Positions 29,095 through 38,706 of a DNA stretch of 64,000 nt are shown piece after piece (the first letter of the stretch is position 1; every line of letters begins with the position of its first letter). The translations under genes were made by a program, and so were the position numbers. The stretch covers positions 1 to 64,000 of the IMG/VR virus record IMGVR_UViG_3300021197_001489; one strand, written 5' to 3'. Under the pieces are notes generated by a model. It had not been told where the DNA came from. It saw only the letters and a program-made list of their open reading frames with translations, and ran no database searches.

Positions 29095-29714
29095 TGATTG
29101 ATAATCGATACATACAAGACTTCCACAAAGCACCATACATGTGGGGTCTATTGTGTATTGATTGTTGGGATGTTCCTGCAAATCGGCCATTTTATCAACG
29201 TGCAGTTGACCAACTGGAACAGTACCGCATTGGTCCTGTAGTTAATTGTTGTGCCGATTTACAACTTGACTATCAAGACAAAAGTGTATACAATACATTA
29301 AATGAATATCTTTGGACAAACAAAAATGAAACAGTGCTATCTAATTTAATAAACTGTGCCGGGCACCGAAAAACAGATCAACATTTGCACGATAAAATTT
29401 TTACTGGGTCTACTGTTCATCTAAGTAGTGTTGATACATTTCGCAATCATGTACAAAAATATTGGCCAAATGTGCAAGATTGGATTATATTAGGAAGTGC
29501 ATGGGGTATATGTGTGACACACGGGCCATTGGGTTTTAATAAGTTAGTCAGTGCTATGCCGTCAGTAAAGTTCAATGTATTTCCGGAGTGGAGTATACAA
29601 GACGAAAACGCAGAATATATCAATGAACAAACATTACAAGATGATTTTAACGTCTGGGCTCAGTATCCAGCAGTGCCAGGCTGTTATAGATGGATTCGTA
29701 GAGTAAAACAATGA
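29094..29714 (+). CDS. Isochorismatase/cysteine hydrolase-like protein
   Basis: LLCIDCW and ILGSAWGICV match the IDxQ and GxxxxxCV motifs; GTG start. Confidence 0.45.
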   Translation: MIDNRYIQDFHKAPYMWGLLCIDCWDVPANRPFYQRAVDQLEQYRIGPVVNCCADLQLDYQDKSVYNTLNEYLWTNKNETVLSNLINCAGHRKTDQHLHDKIFTGSTVHLSSVDTFRNHVQKYWPNVQDWIILGSAWGICVTHGPLGFNKLVSAMPSVKFNVFPEWSIQDENAEYINEQTLQDDFNVWAQYPAVPGCYRWIRRVKQ

Positions 29715-31249
29715 ACTTTGAACAAGATAATCTAACCAAAAAACAAAAAGACTACGCTATATTCCTTCCTGCAATCAGCAGTTTTTATGCTGGCTACATT
29801 GGCAAGGAACGATATCCTGTGGATGACAAAAACAAAAGCGTCATTGGTGATAGACTGCCCAAAGGATTGGGCAATATGGAATCAATGAACTGGCTTAACA
29901 GCAAAGAAAGTTTATTTCCATACAAGTACAGTTTGTACAGTGCCGGACATGCTGACATGGATCTAAGCAAGCATGTACCCAAAGAGGACATGGTTCGTAA
30001 CAGAGAAGCAGACACTATCATGCTTGCTGACTCGGGAGGGTTTCAGATTGCCAAAGGTGTGTGGCCAGGTGAGTGGGCCAACCCCAAAGACAAAAACGCT
30101 GAAAAAAAGCGTGAACAAGTTATTGCTTGGCAAATGGGCATTGCTACACATGGAATGACCATGGATATTCCTACATGGACTTACCTGGATAAAAAAGCTA
30201 GCGAGCTTTGCGGTATTCACAGCTATGATGATGCTGTAAACGCAACTCACTTTAACAACGAGTTTTGGATGGCTAACAGAGGTGGTGATCTCAAAATCCT
30301 AAACGTACTGCAAGGCAGTAACCACGCAGAAGCAGATCATTGGTATGACAAAATGAAAGGCTTTTGCAGCGACAAAGTGGATCGCCCTTTTAATGGTTGG
30401 GGCATGGGTGGACAAAACATGTGTGATGTTCACCTAGTGTTGAAAAGACTGGTTACGCTTATCCACGAAGGCTTATTGGAAAAAGGGCAGCATGACTGGA
30501 TGCACTTCTTAGGTACTAGCAAATTAGAGTGGGCATGTTTGCTCACTGATATACAACGCAGTGTTAGGCGTCATGCAAACAGTAACTTCACTGTATCTTT
30601 TGATTGTGCAAGCCCGTTTTTAGCAACTGCAAACGGACAGGTTTACAACAGCATACGCATTGAAGATAGAGGCAAGTGGAGCTATCAGATGGAACCTACC
30701 ATTGATAACAAAAAGTATGCTGGTGATAGTACACCGTTCCGTGATGCAGTGCTTGCTGATGGAGTACACAAACTGTTTGAAGACAGCCCAATCACTGAGC
30801 GTTTAACCATTGGTGACGTGTGCCACTATGCTCCAGGCATGCTAAACAAAATTGGCAAAGAAGGTAAAACATCATGGGACAGTTTTTCATATGCATTGCT
30901 TATGGGGCATAATGTCTGGATGCACATCGAAAGTGTGCAACGTGCTAATAGAGAATATGATGCAGGTGTAGTTCCAGGTATGCTAGTACAGGAAACATTT
31001 GACAGAATACTATTCCGCGAAGTGGTTGAGCGTGTGTTTGAACAGCAAGACTATGCCAAGTCAATGAACATCATCAACGAATACAGCAAGTTTTGGGACA
31101 GTGTCAAAGGCACAAGGGGTTTTACTGGCAAGCGTATTGTAAACGCTGCAACACAGTTTAACAGTTTATTTGATGTAGAAGAAGGCGATGTTGCAGACGA
31201 ACCAGAACTTGATCAAAAGGCACTGGAAGCACTTGACAACATGGCATAA
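29711..31249 (+). CDS. TGT/DpdA-like 7-deazaguanine transglycosylase
   Basis: DSGGFQ, HFLG, SFDCASP, GHNV motifs; co-located with folE, queD and queE. Confidence 0.75.
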   Translation: MNFEQDNLTKKQKDYAIFLPAISSFYAGYIGKERYPVDDKNKSVIGDRLPKGLGNMESMNWLNSKESLFPYKYSLYSAGHADMDLSKHVPKEDMVRNREADTIMLADSGGFQIAKGVWPGEWANPKDKNAEKKREQVIAWQMGIATHGMTMDIPTWTYLDKKASELCGIHSYDDAVNATHFNNEFWMANRGGDLKILNVLQGSNHAEADHWYDKMKGFCSDKVDRPFNGWGMGGQNMCDVHLVLKRLVTLIHEGLLEKGQHDWMHFLGTSKLEWACLLTDIQRSVRRHANSNFTVSFDCASPFLATANGQVYNSIRIEDRGKWSYQMEPTIDNKKYAGDSTPFRDAVLADGVHKLFEDSPITERLTIGDVCHYAPGMLNKIGKEGKTSWDSFSYALLMGHNVWMHIESVQRANREYDAGVVPGMLVQETFDRILFREVVERVFEQQDYAKSMNIINEYSKFWDSVKGTRGFTGKRIVNAATQFNSLFDVEEGDVADEPELDQKALEALDNMA

Positions 31250-31261
31250 CCAGTGTATAGT
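31233..31261 (+). promoter_or_regulatory. sigma70-like promoter inside the end of the TGT-like gene
   Basis: TTGACA-17 nt-TATAGT. Confidence 0.65.
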
Positions 31262-31284
31262 TATAGAACAATAAGGAGTACTCA

Positions 31285-31473
31285 ATGTCCAATCCTGAAA
31301 AACGTTATGAATACTTGGTAAAAGAACACAAGCGACTTCACGATCTGGTTGAATACATGAAAAATGACAGCGTTAGTGGCGAAGCAATGGCTAAAGCTAA
31401 AAAACGTAAACTTGCAGCCAAAGAAGAAATGATCCAACTAAAACAAGAACTGGGACACACAGATGAATCGTGA
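31285..31473 (+). CDS. YdcH/DUF465-like coiled-coil protein
   Basis: EHKRLH...KKRKLAAKEEM pattern; AAGGAG RBS. Confidence 0.55.
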   Translation: MSNPEKRYEYLVKEHKRLHDLVEYMKNDSVSGEAMAKAKKRKLAAKEEMIQLKQELGHTDES

Positions 31474-31966
31474 CGGACATGAAGCTGTTAAATTCTTTTA
31501 CGGCACTGAAGTAGAACACACACCAGCATATGGTAAGCAAACACTGTTTGTGGTAGGTGTACAACCAGTTGAAGATATTGAGAAAGCATACAAAGACTGC
31601 GAACACATCTTTTTTGGTGCTAATCACAGCTACGATCCTCCTAAAGACAGCATTGAAGAATATGGAGAATGGGAATACATGATCAAGTATTTCCTCAAGC
31701 AGGGCATATTGTGTACGCTAGATGTGCCATACAGTCAACTGGAAGAGATTCACGATGATGGTTACGATGAATACAACAACTTTATAGCACAGTTGCGTAT
31801 CAGTATTCCTTATGTCAGCTCGTACAACTATAACACAATGGTCAAAATTGATGATAAAGACTTTGACGCAACCAACCCGGGCGTGTGGACACACAACCTA
31901 CACAAACTTATGGACAGGACTGTGTTTACTCCATGGAGTGACTACAGCAAAGACGAGGTAGTATAA
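31463..31966 (+). CDS. Hypothetical protein of the deazaguanine cluster
   Basis: GTEVEHT, HIFFGANHS; coupled between TGT-like and T-fold genes. Confidence 0.6.
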   Translation: MNRDGHEAVKFFYGTEVEHTPAYGKQTLFVVGVQPVEDIEKAYKDCEHIFFGANHSYDPPKDSIEEYGEWEYMIKYFLKQGILCTLDVPYSQLEEIHDDGYDEYNNFIAQLRISIPYVSSYNYNTMVKIDDKDFDATNPGVWTHNLHKLMDRTVFTPWSDYSKDEVV

Positions 31967-32391
31967 TGAATCAAGAACAGCGTGAAAATATTGAACACAG
32001 TAAAGATGTTGCTCGTCGATCAATTTGGGTAACATTTCAGCAAGAAGGAATTCACAAGTACCCTGCAGCACTGGATGACCCAAAGCTGGCAACAGGCGAC
32101 TGGGATGACGTTTCTTTTTTAGGATACCCACATCGTCATATGTTTCACTTCAAAGTGGCAATTGATGTATTTCACAATGACAGAGATATTGAGTTTATTC
32201 AATTCCAGCGTTGGCTAAAGCGTCTTTACAGCGGAGATATCTTACAACTTGATTATAAAAGTTGCGAGATGATTGCAGACGAGCTATATACACACATAGC
32301 TGGCAAGTATCCAGGCCGTAACGTTGTTATTAATATAAGCGAAGATGGCGAAAACGGATGCGTTATCAGTTACCCTTCAACTAGTCATTAA
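31966..32391 (+). CDS. T-fold (QueD/PTPS-like) protein
   Basis: EGIH, HRHMFH, EFI, SCEMIA, SEDGENG resemble the H/HxH/E pattern of PTPS. Confidence 0.55.
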   Translation: MNQEQRENIEHSKDVARRSIWVTFQQEGIHKYPAALDDPKLATGDWDDVSFLGYPHRHMFHFKVAIDVFHNDRDIEFIQFQRWLKRLYSGDILQLDYKSCEMIADELYTHIAGKYPGRNVVINISEDGENGCVISYPSTSH

Positions 32392-32401
32392 GGAAAGCAT
32401 T

Positions 32402-32677
32402 ATGGCTAATCAATATAGAAATCCACGCACAGAAGCTGTGTGGAATGACTTAGACGCATACTTGTTGTTTTGTCAAAACTATGGGTATCGTTACAATCCC
32501 GAAGACCTTTACAACAACAAAAAGTATCCTTACCAGCAATTCCGCAAATACTCCGCTGGCAAGAACTGCAAAAATATGTGGGAGGAAGATACCAAGCGTA
32601 TGAATGGTTTCCGTCCACGACACAACGACAATAATAGAAATAACAACCAAGGCCGTTATCACAGCGGCAGGAGATAA
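32402..32677 (+). CDS. Hypothetical protein
   Basis: ORF from ATG 32402; Asn/Arg-rich tail. Confidence 0.55.
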   Translation: MANQYRNPRTEAVWNDLDAYLLFCQNYGYRYNPEDLYNNKKYPYQQFRKYSAGKNCKNMWEEDTKRMNGFRPRHNDNNRNNNQGRYHSGRR

Positions 32678-32680
32678 GCT

Positions 32681-33874
32681 ATGCGTAAACTCTTCTACAT
32701 GGGCCTCGAAAGCTATGAGGCACGTTACACTCTTCAATTGACTGATTGGAATCGGCGTGTTTTTGAGCGTAGAGGCCTTGATGTTGTGTATGTCCCAGGT
32801 AACACTATTGATGATTCAAAAAGCATCAGTGTAGGACAGGTGCTTGACGCACATGGACGCAGTTACTTTGGCATGAGTCAGATCATGAATCTGGTACAGA
32901 TGATGCGCAACGGTGAATGTGGAGGAGGAGACGTAGTTTATTTTGAAGATATGTTCCAACCTGGAATTGAAAGTCTTCCATATATTATGGACCAGATTTC
33001 AGAAGAACAAAGACCCCAAGTTTATGTACGCTGTCTAGCCCAAGCAATTGATCCGGATGATTTCGTGCATGTATGGGGCATGTCAAAGTGGATGGGCCTA
33101 TACGAAAAGATGGTGAATGAGTTTGCAACAGTGTTGGCTACCAATGAAGAAATGGTAGCACACATGAAAATTGCAGGCTGGGAAGCACCCATCTATAACA
33201 TCTCAGGCCTGGCATTTGGCAAACAAGAAGTTCGTGAAAGGTTGGGCGAAGCGATAAAGCCTTTTCACGAACGCTCTAACAGAATTGTGTTTACTGCACG
33301 TTTTGACCAAGAAAAACAACCAGACTTTTATATGGATCTAGCAGAACGCTATTCAGAACAGTATCCAGGCAAACAAACATTCGCTATACTACAAGGCGGA
33401 CCGCTACGCAGTAACAACGACAAGTACATCGAACGTGCAAGAGCGTTGCAAGCAAGCGGTATTCTTGAGATTCACGAGGATCTTAAAAAGGATCAATACT
33501 ACAAGATTGTAAACGACAGTCGTGTACTTTTTAACTGTGCGTTGCAAGACTGGGTAAGTAACACTGTCAGTGAAGCAGACGCACTGGGCTGTAATGTTTT
33601 GTATCCAGCCTATCGCAGTTTCCCTGAAACATTCGCCAATGATCCAGATCGGCTTTATGTTCCATGGAGCATTGACGATGCTGAAAACAAACTGACTAAC
33701 TTGTTACGCAACCCACATCACAACATGGGTTTGATCTCTGATTGGACAGATGGCACAATTGACAGAGTCATTGACATCATGGAAGGCAATGGCGAACAAT
33801 GGTTGCGCACAGGCAATCGCTACAGAGATCATGTTGCTGGCGCAAAGTACGCAGTAACAAAGATTGAAGCATGA
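32681..33874 (+). CDS. GT-B fold glycosyltransferase
   Basis: FTARFDQEKQP and TVSEADALGC...YP nucleotide-sugar-binding motifs. Confidence 0.75.
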   Translation: MRKLFYMGLESYEARYTLQLTDWNRRVFERRGLDVVYVPGNTIDDSKSISVGQVLDAHGRSYFGMSQIMNLVQMMRNGECGGGDVVYFEDMFQPGIESLPYIMDQISEEQRPQVYVRCLAQAIDPDDFVHVWGMSKWMGLYEKMVNEFATVLATNEEMVAHMKIAGWEAPIYNISGLAFGKQEVRERLGEAIKPFHERSNRIVFTARFDQEKQPDFYMDLAERYSEQYPGKQTFAILQGGPLRSNNDKYIERARALQASGILEIHEDLKKDQYYKIVNDSRVLFNCALQDWVSNTVSEADALGCNVLYPAYRSFPETFANDPDRLYVPWSIDDAENKLTNLLRNPHHNMGLISDWTDGTIDRVIDIMEGNGEQWLRTGNRYRDHVAGAKYAVTKIEA

Positions 33875-34833
33875 GCAAGATAGTAATCATCACAGGTGCT
33901 GGTGGCTACATTGGTGGACAAACAGCAATATACTTCAAAGAACAAGGCTGGGTAGTCGTTGGTATTGATCGTCGGCCTTGTCCGCCGCACCTAGCTCAAT
34001 GGTATACCAGTTACCACGAAGCAGAGTTCTCATCACCCAAGGGTTTAATGTGGTTCACTGAGTATCGTCCTGATGCTATTGTGCATTGTGCTGGCTCAAG
34101 TCTTGTTGGCCCAAGTATAAAAGATCCACGCACATATTATGAAAACAATTTTATTGCAACCAAGCAATTGTTAGACTGGATGGTCGAGCATGGTGTACAC
34201 AGTAAATTTATTTTTTCAAGCAGTGCCGCAGTATATGGCGATCCTGTAACTACACCTATCTATGAAGCTGATCCGAAGGATCCTATTTCACCTTATGGTA
34301 TTAGCAAGCACATGGTTGAGCAACTGCTAGAAACTTACAGTGTAGCATACAACATTAATTATGTTGGGCTACGCTACTTCAACGCTGCTGGTGCTGATCC
34401 TCTCGGGCGACACGGGCAAGAAAAAGCTGCTACACACATTATTGCCCGCGTAATGGAAGCAATTCGTGACAACAAGGTGTTTACGCTGTTTGGTACAGGA
34501 CTTGCCACTGATGATGGAACTTGTGTGCGTGACTATGTGCATGTTGCAGACATTGCCAAAGCACACTGTTATGCAACAGAGCAGCGTGTGGTTCCAGGTT
34601 TTTACAATCTAAGCACAGGGCGCGGTGCCAGTAACTTGGAAATTATTGCCAAGTGTTGTGCCGTTAGCGGCAGCAAGCCACAGGCAGTGGTCGAAGGACC
34701 TACACGAGAAGGTGACCCGGACATACTGGTTGCCAACAACGAAAAGTTTTTCAAAATATCAAACTGGCAAAACGAATATCACATTGACGATATCGTTGAG
34801 CATGCATGGAAATGGTATACACGTGAGCTTTGA
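33871..34833 (+). CDS. galE: UDP-glucose 4-epimerase / NAD-dependent epimerase
   Basis: TGAGGYIG, SSSAAVYG, YGISK, LRYFNAAGA, RDYVHV. Confidence 0.9.
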   Translation: MSKIVIITGAGGYIGGQTAIYFKEQGWVVVGIDRRPCPPHLAQWYTSYHEAEFSSPKGLMWFTEYRPDAIVHCAGSSLVGPSIKDPRTYYENNFIATKQLLDWMVEHGVHSKFIFSSSAAVYGDPVTTPIYEADPKDPISPYGISKHMVEQLLETYSVAYNINYVGLRYFNAAGADPLGRHGQEKAATHIIARVMEAIRDNKVFTLFGTGLATDDGTCVRDYVHVADIAKAHCYATEQRVVPGFYNLSTGRGASNLEIIAKCCAVSGSKPQAVVEGPTREGDPDILVANNEKFFKISNWQNEYHIDDIVEHAWKWYTREL

Positions 34834-35416
34834 CCGGTTTACAGAGTTTGAACAAGCATTAAGCAAGTTTACTGGCGCACCGTATGTGGTCCTCACTGAC
34901 TGTTGCACACATGCTATTGAACTTTGTTTGCGCTATAAAACCCCAGGGCCTTGTGTTATACCTGCACACACCTATCTAAGCATTCCGATGACTTTTCACA
35001 AACTAGACATTCCATACTACTATGACACAAACAATGACTGGCAGTATGAATATAGACTAGTACCTAGCAACATCTGGGATAGTGCCAGAGCATTTGATCG
35101 TGGTATGTATCGTACAGGTGCGTTACAGTGTCTAAGTTTTGGACACAGCAAGCGACTTGAAATTGGGCATGGTGGTGCTATTCTCACAAACAAAAAACAC
35201 GAGTATGATGCACTACGGCGAATGGCATATGATGGAAGAGATCTAAATATCTCACCGTGGCAAGATCAAAAAGTATTCCATGTTGGGTATCACTATAAAC
35301 CCAGTATTGAAGATTGCGAGAAAGGTATACACATGCTCGCAGAAAACAAACTTAAAACCAAAGAGTCACAATTGGTAGAGTATCCTAACTTATTAGATAT
35401 ACAAATCCAGGATTGA
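34823..35416 (+). CDS. Short DegT/DnrJ/EryC1-type PLP aminotransferase
   Basis: TDCCTHAIEL, WDSA, CLSFGHSK (PLP Lys), GGAILT; probable GTG start 34823. Confidence 0.75.
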   Translation: MSFDRFTEFEQALSKFTGAPYVVLTDCCTHAIELCLRYKTPGPCVIPAHTYLSIPMTFHKLDIPYYYDTNNDWQYEYRLVPSNIWDSARAFDRGMYRTGALQCLSFGHSKRLEIGHGGAILTNKKHEYDALRRMAYDGRDLNISPWQDQKVFHVGYHYKPSIEDCEKGIHMLAENKLKTKESQLVEYPNLLDIQIQD

Positions 35417-35417
35417 C

Positions 35418-35446
35418 TTGACAGTTTACATAAATAACCGTACAAT
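35418..35446 (+). promoter_or_regulatory. Dual promoter: sigma70 box with a late box in its spacer
   Basis: TTGACA-17 nt-TACAAT with ATAAATA at 35430-35436. Confidence 0.65.
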
Positions 35447-35496
35447 ATAATTAACTTATTGTGGTCATCCTCGACCCAAACTCGGAGAATCATTAA

Positions 35497-36192
35497 ATGA
35501 CAATCAAAGAAAAAATTAAACAAAGACTACAAGACGCCAACGTTAGATACTGGGCCAACGACAACATTGCTGATTACCTTGAAGAAGGTGAAAAGCAACA
35601 GTTACTTGAAGAGGCAGTTCCTGCTTTTGAAAACATGTTACAACATCTGCTAATTGATACTGAGACAGACCCTAACAGTCAAGATACTGCAAGGCGTATG
35701 GCTAAGATGTATATCAATGAAATTATGAGCGGACGTTACGAGAAAATGCCTAATCCAAGTGCATTTCCTAACTACATTGAAGGTGGTTATGAAGGCATGT
35801 TGGTAGTGAGAAGCGAACTTACAAGTTTATGTTCGCACCATCACCAAACAGTAAAAGGTGTGGCATACATTGGTATCATTGCTGGTCCTAAACTATTGGG
35901 ACTTAGCAAATATACAAGAATTGCACAGTGGTGTGCTAGACGCGGGACACTACAAGAAGAACTAAATGTAATGATTGCTGATGCAATACAAAGAGAAACT
36001 GGCAGTGACAATATTGGTGTATATGTACAAGCAACACATGGTTGTTGTGAGAACCGTGGCATTATGGCAACCAGTAGTTTGACTCAGACTACAGTTTTAC
36101 GTGGTGCGTTTAAAAAAGATGCTGATGTTAGAAAAGAATTTATTGACAATGTAAAATTGCAACAAGACAATAGTAGGTATACTTGTAGTTAA
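35497..36192 (+). CDS. folE: GTP cyclohydrolase I
   Basis: TARRMAK, SLCSHHH, GLSKYTR, LQEE, HGCCENRG. Confidence 0.95.
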   Translation: MTIKEKIKQRLQDANVRYWANDNIADYLEEGEKQQLLEEAVPAFENMLQHLLIDTETDPNSQDTARRMAKMYINEIMSGRYEKMPNPSAFPNYIEGGYEGMLVVRSELTSLCSHHHQTVKGVAYIGIIAGPKLLGLSKYTRIAQWCARRGTLQEELNVMIADAIQRETGSDNIGVYVQATHGCCENRGIMATSSLTQTTVLRGAFKKDADVRKEFIDNVKLQQDNSRYTCS

Positions 36193-36249
36193 ATGTTGTT
36201 CGGGTGATGCATTAGTTATAGAACACCCTCTAATGAGAAAGGAAAATCA

Positions 36250-37320
36250 ATGAAACTATTTAAATTCCTGGCAGTAGCCCTGTCAGTGTTATTCTTCAGT
36301 GTTTCAGCAAATGCTGGAGATAAACTAAAGGTCGGATTTGTATATGTTGGGCCTATAGGTGACCATGGATGGACTTATCGTCACGACATTGGTCGTCAAC
36401 AAGTAGAAGAAGCATATGGAGACAAAGTTGAAACAGTGTTTGTTGAAAGTGTGCCAGAAGGTCCTGATGCTGAACGTGTAATGCGTTCAATGGCAAAAGG
36501 TGGAGCAGACATTATCTTTGCAACCAGTTTTGGCTATATGCCATCAATGCTTAAAGTTGCCAAGGAGTTTCCAGATGTAGCATTTGAACATGCAACTGGT
36601 TACAAACGTGCAGACAATATGGCAACATATGGCTTACGTCTATATCAAGCAAGACATGTACAAGGTATTATTGCAGGTATGATGACAAAGACAAACAAGA
36701 TTTGTTATGTTGCTGCTTTCCCAATTCCAGAAGTTATTCGTGAGATTAACACATATTACATGGGTGCAAAGAAGATGAACCCTGACGTAGAGATCATGAT
36801 TACTTGGGCCAACACCTGGTATGATCCAGGCAAAGAGTCACAGGCTGCTAAAGTTATGATGGCTGAAGGTTGCGACATGGTTGCACAGCACACTGATTCA
36901 CCTGCTCCATTGCAGGCTGCACAATTAGAAGGTAAATTAGGCTTTGGTCAAGCAAGTGATCAAATTAAATTTGCTCCTAAGGCACAATTGACTGCAACTA
37001 TTGACAACTGGGGTCCTTACTATGTAAAGCGAGTTGGCGAAGTAATGAACGGCACTTGGGCAACTGGTGACTACTTTGGTCATATGAATGACGGTTCCGT
37101 TCAAATGGCACCGTTTACTAACATGCCAGCAGATGTTGCTGCTAAAGCAAACGAAATCAAGAATGCTATCGAAGCAGGCAAGTATTTTGCATTTACTGGT
37201 CCACTCAAGGACAACAAAGGCAAAGTACAACTTAAAGCGGGCGAAATTGCAGACGACGGACATCTTAATAGTATGATGTATTATGTAGAAGGCATTAACG
37301 CACAAGTGCCTGGTAACTAA
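36250..37320 (+). CDS. BMP-family ABC substrate-binding protein (purine/nucleoside-type)
   Basis: Signal peptide; VGFVYVGPIGDHGWTYRH, IFATSFGY, WANTWYDPGKE, QHTDSPAP. Confidence 0.88.
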   Translation: MKLFKFLAVALSVLFFSVSANAGDKLKVGFVYVGPIGDHGWTYRHDIGRQQVEEAYGDKVETVFVESVPEGPDAERVMRSMAKGGADIIFATSFGYMPSMLKVAKEFPDVAFEHATGYKRADNMATYGLRLYQARHVQGIIAGMMTKTNKICYVAAFPIPEVIREINTYYMGAKKMNPDVEIMITWANTWYDPGKESQAAKVMMAEGCDMVAQHTDSPAPLQAAQLEGKLGFGQASDQIKFAPKAQLTATIDNWGPYYVKRVGEVMNGTWATGDYFGHMNDGSVQMAPFTNMPADVAAKANEIKNAIEAGKYFAFTGPLKDNKGKVQLKAGEIADDGHLNSMMYYVEGINAQVPGN

Positions 37321-37322
37321 AA

Positions 37323-38183
37323 ATGATTCCAGTTATTGATTTCACAAGCGAAACAGTACTGGAAGAGATTCGCGAAGCCTACACAACAGTAGGCTTCGCT
37401 GTCCTTACCAATACACTTAACCAACAAGACCAACAAACCATGGAAAACTGGTTTGACTTTATGAAGCAGTTCTTTGAACTAGACTTGCATACCAAAAAGA
37501 AATACAGTTACCAAGCAGAAAACAATCTTGGATACAGTGTTATGGGCGCAGAAAATGTAGACCCAACTGCTCCTAAAGACATGAAAGAAAGTTTCAATTA
37601 TAACAACACTCGTATGCCAGACGAACTATGGCCTACTGAGATAGACTTTTTTAAAGTTACAGCATTAAATTCTGTGCGTATTGCAGATAATTTAACTTTG
37701 CGTATCCTTGAAAAGTTTGATACAATCCTCGACTGCGGCACTACACTGGTAGATGCGCATCAGGATCCTTATAATACTACTCGTGTTATTCACTATCCTG
37801 CGTACACAGGTCCACTTGAAGATAAACAAATGAGAATAGGAGAACACAGTGATTACGGCACTATTACACTTCTTTGGCAGATTAATGACGTTCCGGGGCT
37901 CGAAGTCCAAGATCTCGAAGGCACGTGGCACCCGGTGCCGTATGCAAATGATGGAGTAGTTGTTAACATAGGCGACTTACTACAGCGTTGGACCAATGAC
38001 TACTTCAAATCAACAAAACACAGAGTTGTAAACAGCCACATAGATCAAACACGTTACAGCATGCCGCATTTTGTAGACCCTACCCCAGGAACAATAGTGG
38101 CAAACTTGCGTGACGAGGATGCAAAGTATGATCCTATCGAAAGCAAGGAATACTTGATGTGGCGATTAGCACAGAGTTATTAA
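37323..38183 (+). CDS. 2OG-Fe(II) oxygenase, isopenicillin N synthase-like
   Basis: HSD...H (GEHSDYGTITLL, KHRV) and RYS 2OG-binding motif. Confidence 0.9.
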   Translation: MIPVIDFTSETVLEEIREAYTTVGFAVLTNTLNQQDQQTMENWFDFMKQFFELDLHTKKKYSYQAENNLGYSVMGAENVDPTAPKDMKESFNYNNTRMPDELWPTEIDFFKVTALNSVRIADNLTLRILEKFDTILDCGTTLVDAHQDPYNTTRVIHYPAYTGPLEDKQMRIGEHSDYGTITLLWQINDVPGLEVQDLEGTWHPVPYANDGVVVNIGDLLQRWTNDYFKSTKHRVVNSHIDQTRYSMPHFVDPTPGTIVANLRDEDAKYDPIESKEYLMWRLAQSY

Positions 38184-38201
38184 CCAGCTGATGATTAAAG
38201 G

Positions 38202-38230
38202 TTGACAAGCAATATGAATTGTTGTATAAT
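38202..38230 (+). promoter_or_regulatory. sigma70-like promoter
   Basis: TTGACA-17 nt-TATAAT. Confidence 0.8.
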
Positions 38231-38256
38231 AAACATTGAAACAGCGGAGAAGCGGT

Positions 38257-38637
38257 ATGCATAGTGTAGACACGTTAGATGTGGCGAAACAAGAGGGTAG
38301 AGCTCCTTGGACTGATGTGCAGTTGGAAACACGAGATTTTATTGTTTTCAACGACGGCTTTCCAGTAACGCCAGGGCATGCACTAGTAGTGCCTCGTGAA
38401 TCTACTATGGAGAAACTTCTCCGCTGCTTTAATTATGCAGTGCAAATGGGAAATGCCAACGTCGAAGCAGATACCAATGCTGTTACAGGATTTAACGTTG
38501 GCATGAATGTAGGAACTAGTGCTGGTCAAACTGTGATGTACCCACATGTGCATTTGATTTTAAGGCGAGACAAAGACTGTGTAGATCCAGTTGGCGGTGT
38601 ACGCAACGTTATTCCAGGTGCCGGCAACTACAGATGA
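38257..38637 (+). CDS. HIT-family nucleotide hydrolase
   Basis: FPVTPGHALVVP, GFNVGMN.G.SAGQTV, PHVHL. Confidence 0.85.
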   Translation: MHSVDTLDVAKQEGRAPWTDVQLETRDFIVFNDGFPVTPGHALVVPRESTMEKLLRCFNYAVQMGNANVEADTNAVTGFNVGMNVGTSAGQTVMYPHVHLILRRDKDCVDPVGGVRNVIPGAGNYR

Positions 38638-38706
38638 TAACTACTATAGACGCCGTTGGTTCACCCGTCTCTAAACATTCTGACCTACTAACACTAGGAG
38701 AATAGA

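Noticed and set aside
34625-34822. 5' extension of the aminotransferase ORF as a 200-nt dual-coding overlap with galE
   Set aside because: The extension has no family similarity; homology starts at GTG 34823.
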